Shown here: positions 1 to 13,296 of the stretch, one piece after another
Layout of the letters: each line of letters opens with the position of its first letter
Numbering within the stretch: position 1 is the stretch's first letter
NCBI GenBank assembly: GCA_951406725.2
Contig: OX597821.1
Coordinates: forward strand, 68,820,001 to 68,884,000
DNA from: Octopus vulgaris
Lineage: Eukaryota
Reading direction: 5' to 3'
DNA length: 64,000 nucleotides
The notes under the pieces: generated by a model
What the model was told of the DNA's origin: nothing
What the model saw: only the letters and a program-made list of their open reading frames with translations
The model's database searches: none
Position numbers and translations under genes: made by a program

Positions 1-954
1 GAGCAATATTTCAGTATTTTCAATGAATGGCTGGTTCGATAACGTAGCTTCTTTCAAAACAGGTGGCTCACACAACCTTCTAACAGCTGTTGAAAATATC
101 TTCTTGAAACCATGTGGTACAACCTACGCACTACTATACATCATTCTACATTCTGTGAATGTAAGTGTGTGTGTGAGAGAGAGAGATGGAGGCTGTTTCC
201 TCTTGAGTTCTTTGGATTCTATGGTTAAAAGAAAGATACCTTTGCTTGAAACATATTTCGGTTCTCCTCTTAGCACACAAACTTTATGAATTTCACACAA
301 CAATGTGTGTGTGTGTATGTGTGTGTGTGTAATACTTTCTAGGGCTATGTTAAGCACTCGACCCGGATTCCCTTTAACTATTTATTACGAAATTCTATGA
401 GAGTCATCAAGAGAATCTTTAATTGAATACTCGACCAGCTAGAAATAACAACCAAATTTCTCTTAGATCATATCCTACTGCTTTAAATACGTAAGACATA
501 CAGAACAAATGGAAGTAAATATCGGTGTCATGTATCGAACACCTTGCAGCGTATTGTCCACTCTTGTCCGTCCATATGCTAAGTGTAAAAAAAATATGCA
601 GTGAACATTGCTGCTCATTCGTCTGAATTAGCGTTCAGCAGCAGTGACGACGATGACCTAAGAAGTTCTCCGAGGCATAAGTGTGGGTAAGGCTGTTTAC
701 AGAAGACCGACAGTTGCCCATGCATATCAGCCTTTCCTCTCTACAACACCAATGTTATCCAAGTAAAAAAGCAAAGGCTTGGTAACAGTGACGTCACAGC
801 TCATTTCTACAGCTGAGTTAACTGGAGCAACGTGAAATAAAGTGTCTTGCTCAAGAACATCACATAGAGCCCAGTCTGAGAATTGAACTCATTACCTCAT
901 GATTGGGAGCCCAATACTCTCACCACTGAGCCATGCGCCTTCACATATTATTAT

Positions 955-1177
955 TATCTGTTTCTTTATTACCCACAAGGAGCTAAACACAGAGGGGACA
1001 AACGGATTAAGTCGATTACACCGACCCCAGTTCGAAACTGGTACTTAATTTATCGACCCCGGAAGGATGAAAGGCAAAGTCGACCTCGGCGGAATTTGAA
1101 CTCAGAACGTAACGGCAGACGAAATACGGCTACGTAGTTCAACCGGCGTGCAAACGGTTCTGCCAGCTCGCTGCCTT
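955..1177 (-). mobile_element. Young copy of the same SINE family
   Basis: 15-bp TSD TTCACATATTATTAT (940-954, 1178-1192); highly similar to 13297-13527. Confidence 0.85.
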
Positions 1178-1357
1178 TTCACATATTATTATCATAATTG
1201 ATAACACTGATTCAGCTCCATACAACTTAGTTTTGTAGGCTTCTCATATAAGTTTAGCTCATCAATCACCTAAGCCTGATGAATGAAGTTCATATGATGA
1301 GCCTATGAAACTAAGATGCGTGGAGCCAAATAATACAATTTACAAAATAAAAATATA

Positions 1358-1665
1358 TAGCTCAGTGATCAGAGCGTTGGGCTCACAATCATGAAGTAGT
1401 GAGTTTGATTCTCGGACTGGGCTGCATGTTGTGTTCTTGAGCAAGACACTTTATTTCCTGTTGCTTCAGTTCATTCAGCTGTAGAAATGAGTGGCAACAT
1501 CACTAAAGCCAAGCGGTATCAGCTTTTGCCTTTCCATTAGATGACACAGGTGGTATGGAGAGGGGAGGCTTCTATGCATGGGTAATTGCTATTCTTCCAT
1601 AAACAACCTTACCAGGACTTGTGCATTGGAGGGGAACTTTCTAGGTGTATCCCATGGTCATTCAT
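1358..1665 (+). mobile_element. Third tRNA-headed SINE family (TTGAGCAAGACACTTTATTTC core)
   Basis: tRNA-like head plus shared core. Related copies at about 680-940(-), 51345-51585(-), 63523-63830(+). Confidence 0.7.
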
Positions 1666-2299
1666 GGCAGAATTATTACTGTGCCAGGTAAAATCCTTAG
1701 CAGTATTTCTTTCATCTGTCTTTACATTCTGAGTTCTAATTCCACTAAGGTCAACTTTGCTTTTTATCCTTTCAGAGTCAATAAAATTAGTAGCAATTGA
1801 GCACAAGAGTTCTTGTCCTCTGAAGTTGCTGGCCTTGTGCCAAAATTTCAAACCAATACATGTAAGCCCAACCAAATGTGTTGAGTGCCACTTTTGTTTG
1901 ACCACTCAGTTATATATGTGTATATATATATATGTTTATGAATTTATTTAGCAAGATTCCTGATGTGGGATGGAAGAGTCACTGAAGAGGTCACAGGTGT
2001 GTGACAAAAAATTTCCAGAGAGTGGGTAAAAAATATGAACAATAATAAATGAGTGAAGAACAAATATATAGTGCATAGGTTTATTTGGCAAGAATATAAA
2101 AAATGGTCATTCCGAAATACAATAATATATATATAGATACACATCTGAGAATGTAAAGAATGGTAAAGATAAATAAAGACTACAAATGTTTCATAGCTAA
2201 ACTCTTTTTATCATATATTCTTCACCTTTTGTCATCTGTACTAGCTGTATATATGCTCGAAGTTTATTATCTTCATACATAGACTAGTGTATGTATATA

Positions 2300-2939
2300 C
2301 GTAGTCTGATCAATAAGTATCTAGACGGTTGCCATAGTAATGAATCTAAAACAGAGTGAAACCACTTGGCACTGATTGACCTTGAACTCTGCTGCACATG
2401 TGCACCAAGTTTTAACATTCTAGCTCACTTCCACTGTTTACAGCAGTGCTTGGAAGGAACATGTGTAGCATGTGATCATCGTATTGACCATGACAGAAAA
2501 AGCTGAGCAGAGAATCTGCATTAAATTTTGCCATAAGCTTGGTGGTACCTGCTCAGAGGCTTATGCAAAATTTTCAAAACATGTTCATTGTTCTCGCCAC
2601 AGTCAAGATCTTGTGCAACTGAAACCTGAGTATCTTTTCGGACTGAACTGAACCATAACTAATCTGTACATCCTCTGATAACTCACAAATGATTTGATGA
2701 TTTCCCCTCACAGCTGTGATGTTTTCCACATTTCTGCTGGTTGCAAGTGTCCCAGAACATGCGTCAATACCAACATTTTTTCGGCCATCTTGCACTGCTG
2801 TAAACAACAGAAGTGAGCTAGAATGTTAAAACCTAGTGTGCATACACAGCAGAGTTCAATCTTTGCCAAGCAGCTTCACTCTGCATGCTTTAGCTTTGTT
2901 ATTATGGCAACAGTCTAGATACTTATTGATCAGATCTCA
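2300..2939. mobile_element. Non-autonomous mariner (Tc1/mariner) derivative with long inverted arms
   Basis: TA at both ends (2298-2299, 2940-2941). About 150-bp imperfect inverted repeats (TCTGATCAATAAGTATCTAGAC...). Transposase fragments MTEKAEQRICIKFCHKLG (+, from 2490) and DGRKNV..SG..TS.NVENI..ELSEDVQISYGSVQS (-). Confidence 0.88.
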
Positions 2940-2964
2940 TATATGTGTGTGTGTGTGTGTGTGT

Positions 2965-3170
2965 GTATATAGTTAGTTAAAGTTAATCCAAACATCAAAG
3001 CACAAAAAAAACAACAACAACGCGAGGACGTGGAACAAATACAGTATTATTAGACGCTCAGGAAAGAAGGAGGGTTTAATGTTTCAAGCGGAGCTCTTCG
3101 TCGGAAACATAGAAGGAAAGACAGAGGAAAAAAATCGCCAACGGTATACACGCGGTCACATTTTGAATCA
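2965..3170 (-). mobile_element. Penelope-like element terminal fragment with degenerate hammerhead-like core
   Basis: Minus strand GTTT-CCGACGA-AGAGCTCCGCTT-GAAAC-ATT-AAAC at 3108-3074. Confidence 0.5.
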
Positions 3171-5395
3171 TATATATATATATGTACTTATACTTTTGTC
3201 GCCATGGGTAATATGAGGAAATATGGCACATATACAATAATCGTAATTAAACTTTTATTCAAATCTCTCAAAATGATTGAAAACACAAATACTAATTTTT
3301 AGAAAATTATTTCATACTGTCTCTCTCAATCTTTCTATATAATGTACATCATGACCGGAGAATTCAACCAACAAACAGTTTCATTGGCTAATATATATAA
3401 TTTAGACTAAGGAGAAGGGATAGAGCTTCCTATATCTTTTCTAGGCTTTACTCATCTGGATAGGAGCAAGTGCCAAGTGATATGTTTTGAAATCTTTGAA
3501 GGCCAGTGGTTCATGGAAAACATTAGGTTAGGGCTTAGGTGAAACACAATAAAGGGGAAATACATGAGGATGCTATCATTTGACTGTGTGGTCACTGGGA
3601 TATTAATTGATGATATTGCAACCAGGTTTTGCCACTTTTTTTGGGGGTTTTCTGCTGCTCTCTGTGAGTCAGTGGAACTGAGGTATGATCACTCTTTGAT
3701 GATACAAGACCAGCTTTTCCCCACCTTCCACTGTTCTTTGCCTGACAGGAGCTTCTTGTGACATGGATATACCATTTCAGTTTCCTTGTCTTCATAATTG
3801 TCAGCAGATCCTTGTGGTCAAATAGCCTGTGTTATTCTCATCCCCACATCATCATGTTCTTTGTACAAGCCATCTCATCTTCATTGTGCTTACCTTTTTT
3901 CTTTTCCAATTCTTTTAATGTCCAAGCATTGCGGCTGTATAGAAATATGGATATCACAAATGAGGATAAGATTAGACAGAACGGGTATGCAACATCAGAA
4001 CCCAGTAGTATTCCTTGATAACTATGTATATTAAGCATGGCTGTGTGGTTTAGAAGCTCCTTTTACAACCCTGTAGTTTTGGGTTCAGTTCCACTATGTG
4101 GAAATTACCTTCTACTAGAATTCCTGACCAATGAATACCTTGTGAGTGAATGTGGTAGATAGAAATAGTGAGGAAGCCCATCATATATGTGTGCATGTAT
4201 TCACTTCTACCACCACTGCTTGACAACCTGTTTTGGTCTGTTTACATCCCTGTAATATAGCAGTTCAGCAAAAGAGATTGATAGAATAAGTACCAAACTT
4301 GAAAATATATACTGGGATCAATTTGTTTAACTAAACCCCTTAAAGTAAGTGTTCCAGCAATACTGCAGTTTAATGACTAAAATAAATAGATAAAAGATAT
4401 GAACAGCTTTGTCCAGCAAACCCTGTCTTAATTGATTTTAAGCTTCATTAAGTAACAATTTTTGGCTCTCACTGTTACCAAAGGTATCTCCTGGTAAAAG
4501 CACAACCTTAACAAAGCTAAGATCTCATTCCAGCAACTACCCATGCCCTTCAAGACTAGAAGCTACTTCAGCTCCTAACATCCTGCAAAGCTCAAATGAG
4601 GCTCTTTTCTCACATTTGAGACAGTGCTGTTGCAATACACACAGATATACCTCTCGGTTTTAGTAAAAATTACTGAATGGTAGCATGAATGGAATAAAGT
4701 GTTTTATCACAGTCTCCATTGCAATTAGTGACATTTAAAATGGAGTGTTCAGGGCCAGCTATTTTTTCTTCTTTTTTGCATTTGAATTACTCCTGCTTCT
4801 AGGATGATTCAAATTACATTCTATCCAGACATATGAAGTAGTTCTATAAATCCTAACAACTGGATACCTTTTATGAAGTCTACTCTATATTTGAGCCTGT
4901 ACGTGGTCCTTAGAAATGCTAGAAATAGCAGTCAAATCTCCCACAAATTGAAAAGAGAACATGATGAGCAATGTTATCCAAGGTCTCAGCTGGAATGCTT
5001 CTGGTTATAGTATAACTGCTTTATAATGATCCATTCATCCTATATTTAAGGAATTTGATTATGCCATTGTCCAACAACAACAGTAACTATCAGGTGTTGC
5101 TGCTTAACTTCAAGTGAATGATCGAATGTATACCAGTTGTGACCATCCCATCATTATAGGGACAAATAGGATTACAACAGCTAATGTCAGGGGAATGATT
5201 TCATTGCAGGATGTGGGTCACATAAACTGTCAGAAGTTTCTAAAACCCTAAATAGTGGTGAGGATCAAAGCCTCAAGTTCAAACAATATAGAGGTGCTCA
5301 CCAAGGAAATCATGAAATTATAAAACATTCAGTTTTTTCTCAGCAAAGAACCCCTACAAACTTTTATGCATTTGTAAGTTGCCAGTGGTACTTAA

Positions 5396-5616
5396 CTGTT
5401 TAGCACTCAGATTATTGTCAAATGTAATGCTAATTTATTAATATTGTTTTGAATTAATCATGCATTATCTCATAGCTTTGAGATTTTGATGATGCGATAG
5501 TTTTGTTTTATTTTAAGAATAACACTAGCATACGTGTGGAGGCTGGATCTAGTCAGTTTAAACATAAAATAGGGAGACTATTTGGACCAGATATGACTGG
5601 TTTAAAAGCTAAAAGG
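5396..5616. mobile_element. Same ~210-bp TTAA MITE family
   Basis: TTAA flanks; internal similarity to 14776-14988. Confidence 0.78.
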
Positions 5617-8600
5617 TTAATGAAGTTTCTGGCCCCAGAAATAAGTCTTAGATAACTAGGAGTGGCTGTGTGGTAAGTAGCTTGCTTACCAACCACATGG
5701 TTCCGGGTTCAGTCACACTGCATGGCACCTTGGGCAAGTGTCTTCTACTGTAGCTGAAAAAAGCCCATAGTCTATATGTGTTTGTCCCCACAACATCGCT
5801 GGTGTGTTTACGTCCCCGTAACTTAGCAGTTCAGCAAAAGAGACCAATAGAATAAGTACTAGGCTTACAAAGAATAAGTTCTGGGGTCAATTTGCTCAAA
5901 TAAAGACGGTGCTCCAGCATGGCCACAGTGAAACAACTGAAACAAGTAAAAGAGTAAAGAGTAATATTCTGTTATGCTTGATAGTAAGACAAATTAGTGA
6001 TTGCAATATTTGTGACAAGTCTATTTAACTACGGACTGATTGAATAAGCCATAAGTCAAAACTTGCAACAAGAATTTTGCAATAAATTTCAGTTTCAGTA
6101 TTGAGTTCCTCATCAGTAAATTATAAAGTTGCTTTAAAATAACCTCAACATAACATTTGTTATACTAAATTACATCTATTCTTTCAGTGGTTTAATGATC
6201 ATCTATTTAATGTCAGAGAATTCTGCAAATGTTAGCAGTTCACATTTTGAATTAGGTGGCCATAGTCATCTTCCATCCGACAACTAGTCAGTATTACTGA
6301 TCATTATTTGATTGATCTCTCTATGCTGCTTCCCATGGTGATTCTAATTTAGTCTAATCTCTCACCTGGTATAGTTGTTTGGGTCATAGGAATAATGGAA
6401 ATCCCACTACAACAATCAAGATAAGAATCATTAAATTTAAATCAATAATGCTGATAAATAGCAATCTTTTATTTTTAACAATAAATGGAAAGTACTTTCC
6501 CATTTTTTCATGTTTCTAACCAAACAGCAATCATCAGATAGTACATTAACTGGGTCCCCCTGCCACTGCAATAAAAATATACAATGTGTGTTACTACTAC
6601 TACTACTACTGAGTTCTCTTTCACATACTATACAGAGACAAACATTCTTTCCTTCTAAATAAGCTTGGTATAGCAAAATAACTGTACGCTGTTCTTGAAG
6701 AGTTATCGAACTTGCTCAAAGCAAATGAAAAAAAATAATCAGTAAATGCAATCTTCACTATAGAAAGAACTTTTTGTTTCGGTACAAGATCTTTTGTACA
6801 ATATGGTGGATAAAGCAGTGACTTGCAGATATTTCATCAATCCCTTGTATCTTTGCGAGATGGTTCTGCACTTTGTAGCTGAACAACCTGCACAAACGAT
6901 TTGTTTATAGTGAACAGCACACACCCTCCATCAAATTGACATTACCTGAACAGGTACATGGTGTATCATGTCAGGTGTCAAGGTAACCAGAACGTGAGAT
7001 GAGGTTTTTGGTGCCTGGCCCAAGAGCAATCATGAGTGCCACATCCTAACTTCTAAGTCATGAGTTGTTTCAACCCCCAATAACAAAACCAATACCCATT
7101 ACTTTGATTAAATCAATAACAAAAAAGATACCTAAATTCAAATTCTCTGTGGTCACCTGATTAAAAAGTTCACTAAGTAGATATGTGGGGTTCCAGATTT
7201 GAACCACCACTATGCTGTATCTTGGGCAAGTGTCTTCACCAATAATCACAAGTGATTATATCTTGCAAATGGAATTTACAGCCATGCTAGCATGGAAGGT
7301 GGAAGTTAAATGATGATAACAAAAAAAATCATTGTCTGTCAGTGTTTACACTGTCCCAATTCTTCACTAAGACAAAACCCCACCAAAAACCAAACAACTC
7401 AATATTGTTTAAGACATATTCTTTTATGTCCCACAAAAGAACACATCTCTGAGATTCATGAGCTGATATGATAAAAATCAGACCCATGAAAGCGATGCAA
7501 AAACATGGCAACACACTACTACCATGTCTGAAACAAGTGAAAGGATTTAACATTTTTTAGCATCAATCAAACAAGAGATCTAAACAGTTTCTACATGATT
7601 TAGCTACCAAATTTTTGTCTTGCAAGGGAGAAAACATTGGGCAATGTAACAAGATAACTAATACCCGCTGGATTTCTATTAATCACAGATCTGTCCTAGG
7701 GCTAAAATCAACAACAGAAATTATGATCATTGCAATTTTGATTCAACATTAAAAACAAAAATGACAAAGAATTATCTATGACAGCAGAAATTTTTAGGAT
7801 TTGTCATTTTATTCAAATTATGTACACAATAATTTGGTTTTTGTAATACTTGCCAACACCCACATACCAAATTTTCTTAAAGGGGAAAAAAAACCCATCC
7901 CCAGACAAAGACAAAAATTATACCTGTAAGATTACTGTGGTTTGAGGTAACTGTGAGCTGGTTGCCAGCATCTAGAATTGATTAGTAATGAAAAACCAGC
8001 TAAAGCAAGTCAGATGTGTTAAAAGATAGAAGAGTTGATTTTATTGATGCATAAATATACAGTCACCGCAAGCTTTCTAGCAAGGAAAACGTGAGTGAAA
8101 TTAATTTGGAGGAAAGAGAAGACGTGAATTTTATATCTATATATATTCATTTATATAAAACTGTAATTGAGTTAGATCTCCTTGCAGTCTAACATCCATT
8201 GTTATTAGTTCTGATGGGAAAAATAAGTTAGAAAGAAAGAAAAATTTAGTTTGCTTTATATTGTATGTATTAAGTCATTTGGGTAATGTTTACATTTGAT
8301 GATGAGGGGGATGGAGGTAGCAATGATGAAAGGGCCAGTGAAAAGAGAGAAAAAAGACAAAAAAAAAAAACCCCACCCCTTTATCTAAAACAGAAACCAG
8401 ATGAAGTCAGTCAGTGAAATAAAATTTAAATTAAAAATAAGTTTTCTATTACTTAGGGAGAAATTGTATAAAGTAAATGTTGCATATATTCACAGTATGC
8501 AGAGTCAAGATTAGGTGACTAACAAACACTATGGAAGGGTTAAGATTTGCTCAGCTCTTGATGGACCCAGCAGTTGTTTTGTACAAACTGTACAGATCAC

Positions 8601-9151
8601 CAATGATTCAGTGATGGTGGATAATAATGCTGATTGTAGCTATTAAAATATGTGTATATCACAGACACACAGCAATGTAATATTCGTCATTTCCATTCTC
8701 TGTCTGATTTCTTCATTTTCAATGCTAATAATTGTCTTAAGCATTAAGGAGAGATGCAACAAATATCAAAACAATTTAATACAGTTTATGATTTCAGTCA
8801 GAAAACCCAGAGAAACATGAGAAAACAGTCTCCAGAATAATTACTATAGGTATCAGAATGGTATTTGCTTTTCTTTCCACTTCCAAAGTAGTTGTTTGTC
8901 CATCTTTTGAAACACTTCCACGTGCAGATTACAAAAAAAACCAGCTGGAATTTCCATAGTAACAGCAGGTTAACTACAAATGGTTGCAGCTAGATGACAT
9001 TTCAGAACTGATTGCTATATATAAAAAAAAAAGGGGGAGAAAAAAAAAAAGACAGGAAGAGTTTTTGTCAGTTACAAAGATTTTTTTTTTTTTTTTACAG
9101 GAACTGACAGCTGGTCTGCTCAGAGTCGGCACTTGTGGTTGACACAGTAGC

Positions 9152-9260
9152 CTACCTTTTGCTATTACTGTGTCCCATTCCCCTAATGGGCATTTTGAAA
9201 TTGGCAGCAGCCTGATACTGGAGTTGATATGCTAATGGGTGAATCTTGAAACCATATAAT
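9152..9260 (-). CDS. CSNK2B: CK2 beta last coding exon ([35 protein letters not shown])
   Basis: CAG acceptor, CK2alpha-binding RLYGFKIH motif, TAG at 9154-9152. Total CDS with exon 3b is 666 nt (221 aa). Confidence 0.95.
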
Positions 9261-10279
9261 CTGAAAATATATATGAATATGAGATTAAAAGATAATCAGA
9301 TGAATACAGACTGCTTCAGCAGACTCAACGGTTTAAAAAAAACAAACTAAAAACGCAAAACATAAATTACTTCAAGAACAGTCTTGTAACTTCCTTTAAA
9401 CTCTCATACAAAGAATTCAAAGTATTTTAAAAAACATATACCATCAGTTACTTCTCAAGAACACCTTCCTTCTATTTCCATATTTGTTTGTTCCTTCTTG
9501 AGCCATAACTGGCTCATAAGGGCCGCTTTCCTGGTTTCATTGGTGTATAGGTTCCCCACCTGGACAGGACACTGGACCGTCACAGGTGAGCAGCTAGAGG
9601 CAGGAGGAAAGAGCGAGAAATTCTACCACTTGCTTGAATTTCTAGTGTTTAAAGAAGCTGGACAATGTAAGCAAAAGTGAAGATTTATTTCTTTTTTCAA
9701 GAAACTGAACCAAATCATTGCTGTGATTAAAGTTGAAGTGGTAGAATTTTTAACTTGAATTAACTTGGAGATTTGAAACTTCTAAGGAGATATTGGCCAG
9801 AAGAGCTGTGCTTTAAAGCTATTTGCACTACTTCCTTGTTTATTCCACTCCAAGTCATATATAACAGAAAGAATGAATTACAAAATGAAGAGAATTAGGA
9901 GCATTTTTGCAATAAAGGCATTTAATAAACTAAATAATGTAGTCCGAGAAATAATTTCATGTCATGATATTTGAAAAAAAAAAAAAAAAAAATTTCAATA
10001 ACTAATGTTTTACTAATTTTCCAGTACTTATCTGTAATTAGAGTAGTCTGAGACAAAAATTCCATAATAGATATATGCAAAAACCTTAGTTGTGTTCCAA
10101 ATATCACTTTTATATATTTTGATAAATGAAAAAATTTGTCTTATGAAAGCAGTCCATATTTAATTTAAGCACACAGAAATATAGTAATGAAAAGGTTTAA
10201 CTCCCTTCCATACCACTTCTGGGTCTTTGATACACAACATCTAAAATGTTTAGATTTCGAAATAAACTTTCCATCTTAA

Positions 10280-10572
10280 CCCCTTACCCAACAATTATTT
10301 TGAAAATAAATGCATTTTTTCAGACATATTTTTTTATTGTTTTATTTTACTATGTTTTGAATGGTGATTTCGAGGTATATTTCAAACCTTATTTATTATG
10401 AATTTTTATTCAATAATATTGATTTTAAATTACAGCTTTGGGCAGAAACGAGTTAACCCGTTTTTAGACGAAGGAACTCATTTGCTGTCGATTTTGGCGA
10501 GTTAACTCGCCAGAGATAGAAAAAAAACGATTTCGGTCAAAACGCATATATTCGTTTCTGCCGGGTAAGGGG
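10280..10572. mobile_element. piggyBac-type MITE
   Basis: TTAA|CCCCTTACCC...GGGTAAGGGG|TTAA: perfect 10-bp TIRs with TTAA duplication; internal palindrome GGCGAGTTAACTCGCC. Confidence 0.85.
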
Positions 10573-11020
10573 TTAATATGCTAGAACCTTTTTGTTAAAT
10601 CATTTTCCTAACACTAGCTTTGCAATGAACCAATTGTTTCAGCAAATCCTAAATTCTCAATTGTTTTTGAAATAAACAAACACACAAGCTGTGTATTCCA
10701 TTAGAGATATGGCCACAAATTGTTGAAGTCCCTGTGAACTGGTAACATGTCTTAAGCTCAAGTAACTGGTTGTTTCTTACACAATTGAAACCATTAAAAC
10801 AAAAAACTATTCATATAGTTCTGATGACAGTAAGGATTGCAATTACATTGAATTTATATTTTTTATATATGTATAGGCACAGGTGTGGTAAGAAGCTTGT
10901 TTCCCAACCACATGGTTCTGGGTCAGTCCCACTGCTTGGCACCATGGACAAGTGTCTTTTACTCTAATCTTGGGCTGTTGTTAGATGGAAACTGAAAGAA
11001 GCCTGTCGTATATGTGTGTG

Positions 11021-11052
<32 letters not shown>

Positions 11053-11249
11053 TGCATGTGTGTGTTTGTTCTCCACAATCGCTTGACAACCGATGTTGGT
11101 GTGTTTACGTGTTCGTAACTTAACAGTTTGACAGAAGGGACCGATGGAATAAGTATTAGGCTCATAAAGAGTATGTCCTAGGGTCAATTTATTCAACTAG
11201 GAGGCGGTGGCTCCTGCATGGCCGCAGTCAAATAACTGAAACAAGTGAA

Positions 11250-11287
11250 AGAGAGAGAGAGAGTGTGTGTGTGTGTGTATGTATGTG

Positions 11288-11357
<70 letters not shown>

Positions 11358-11367
11358 CACACACACA
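11250..11367. repeat. Compound microsatellite (GA)n(GT)n(GTAT)n(AT)n(AC)n
   Basis: Directly visible, about 50 nt inside the intron downstream of the CSNK2B exon 5 donor. Confidence 0.95.
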
Positions 11368-11416
11368 AATTCCCTACTCTCAGATTATTGCTAGTGAAAA
11401 GCAATCAGCACTCTAC

Positions 11417-11606
11417 CTTGGAATAAATTGGTTTGCAGGACGCTTAGGTCTGTATTCAGGATGGACCATGAACAACATGTGTGGGAAACCAGTGCCGAAA
11501 TATGCTCCATCCGTGTGGTGATGACGAGAAGACTTAGGTGTGTAAACATCTTGGCATTTTGGACAGTACAGCTTTACCATGGCTTCACCAGGTACATCAG
11601 TGAGAC
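11417..11606 (-). CDS. CSNK2B: CK2 beta coding exon 5 ([63 protein letters not shown])
   Basis: 190 nt, phase 1->2. CPKC zinc ligands and [11 protein letters not shown] signature. Confidence 0.98.
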
Positions 11607-12778
11607 CTGTTAAATATACAAGGGGAATAACTTGAATAGTTGCAGTTATCAGAACAAAACAATAACAACAAAATATATCTGCTTAGAAGGAAAAAATAAA
11701 ACCCACAGGAATTAGAAAATATTTAACCCTTTTTTCTTGTAAGGGCTCACTATCAGCATTACAATACTGTTTTTTTTTAAAGACAACTCTGTAAAGTCAC
11801 ACACTGGTTTTCAGCAACATGTTTGACAAAGTAAAATTTAAACTGACAAATTTTATGAATAAACCAGTCATAGACATTCCTACATTTAATACAACCATTA
11901 AACCCTTCAAATAAACTCCATGAGCCCTCAGTACAAGGTTTTCACTATGCATACAGGTTAACACATAAACGATCCAGTTTCACTTAGCTGGTTCATTAAG
12001 CAAGTCAGCCTGCCAGTGGCCACTAGACAATGAATTATATCTCTTAGCCAGTCCCTCAGCAACATGACAACTAAGCAGTAAACACTCAGTTAAAAAAATA
12101 ACTAACATAGTCATAGTTAATCTGACCATCCAAATTCAATGTTAAGAAATTTTTAATAAATTCACTTCCAATTTGTCTGAAACTACCTACTTTCATTAAT
12201 AATACGTGCCATCAAAAAGGGACAGCGAATTGTTTGAGCAGTCATTTTTATATAACTATCACCTTCATTTTAACTTGAGTGTGTACACATGAAACAGAGC
12301 TCCTGCTGGGCTAAGCCTATAATCCCTTTGAAAAGTAGCTATTTTATTTACATTACTCATGAGCTGAGGAGAGGCATGAACATTTCAAGTTACCATTTCA
12401 TGTTTTTGAAAATCGATCAGATTAATTAGAAAATATACTGAATACAAATGTATTAGGATATGCAGAATATGAATCCTTGCAAATTAGTTTTTCTAATCAA
12501 TGGGGTTTTCTTTTGTTTTTTTTTCAGAAGCTTAGTCAGAGAAGGGAAATGTCAATGAATGTTTTCGAAGCTCCCACTTCCAAGTGCTAAGTGATGGTGA
12601 TAAACTGGACGATGGACTGGTATTAGCTTCTAGGCAATGTTTTAAGAGGTGATAAATAAAATATACCTCAACCAAAAGCACACAAAATCAGTAACAGTGT
12701 TTCAATTAATGACAACAACACTTTCACAACTCAACTATTCAATGAGGACTGACATGAGAACTTGATCAACAAACTTAC

Positions 12779-12854
12779 CAATAGGTAGCATGGGTTGGTT
12801 TTCACAATAAACCCTAGGACAGTAACCAAAGTCACCTTGCTGCCATTTTTCAAT
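12779..12854 (-). CDS. CSNK2B: CK2 beta coding exon 4 ([26 protein letters not shown])
   Basis: 76 nt, phase 0->1. First half of the CPxxxC zinc ribbon; canonical splice sites. Confidence 0.98.
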
Positions 12855-13296
12855 CTGTCAAAACAACAATGTCTTTATGAAATACAAGTGATGTACTGCT
12901 AGGTGGCAATATTTGTTTCATAAATCAAATGGTTATACTACAGTTCTAATTCACTGCAGACCACTTCTAAACAGTAGTTTAATTCTATAGCTGTCTATAT
13001 TCTTATAAAGATAGAGGTTTATAATTATTTTATACTAGTTTAGATGCTGAATTAGAGTTTCAATGCATTTGTTTCTGCAGTAAAGCAAGTTTTCTAAAGC
13101 TACATATCATATAATAATTGTGTTCCGAACATAAAACAAAGAATATAAATTTTAAAAATTGAGTTTAAAGAATGCATAAATCTATTTGCAAGTGTAGAAA
13201 CCATTATCCTATATTTAGAATAAATGTTTATATCACATTAATTATAGTTGCATAGCTACAAATTGAGGGGAAAGAATAGTCAAATCAACCCCAGTA

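Noticed and set aside
9180-9200. Loss of the vertebrate CDK1 site (KSP -> KMP) in the CK2beta tail
   Set aside because: I recall FKMP also in Drosophila, so it is likely the common invertebrate state.
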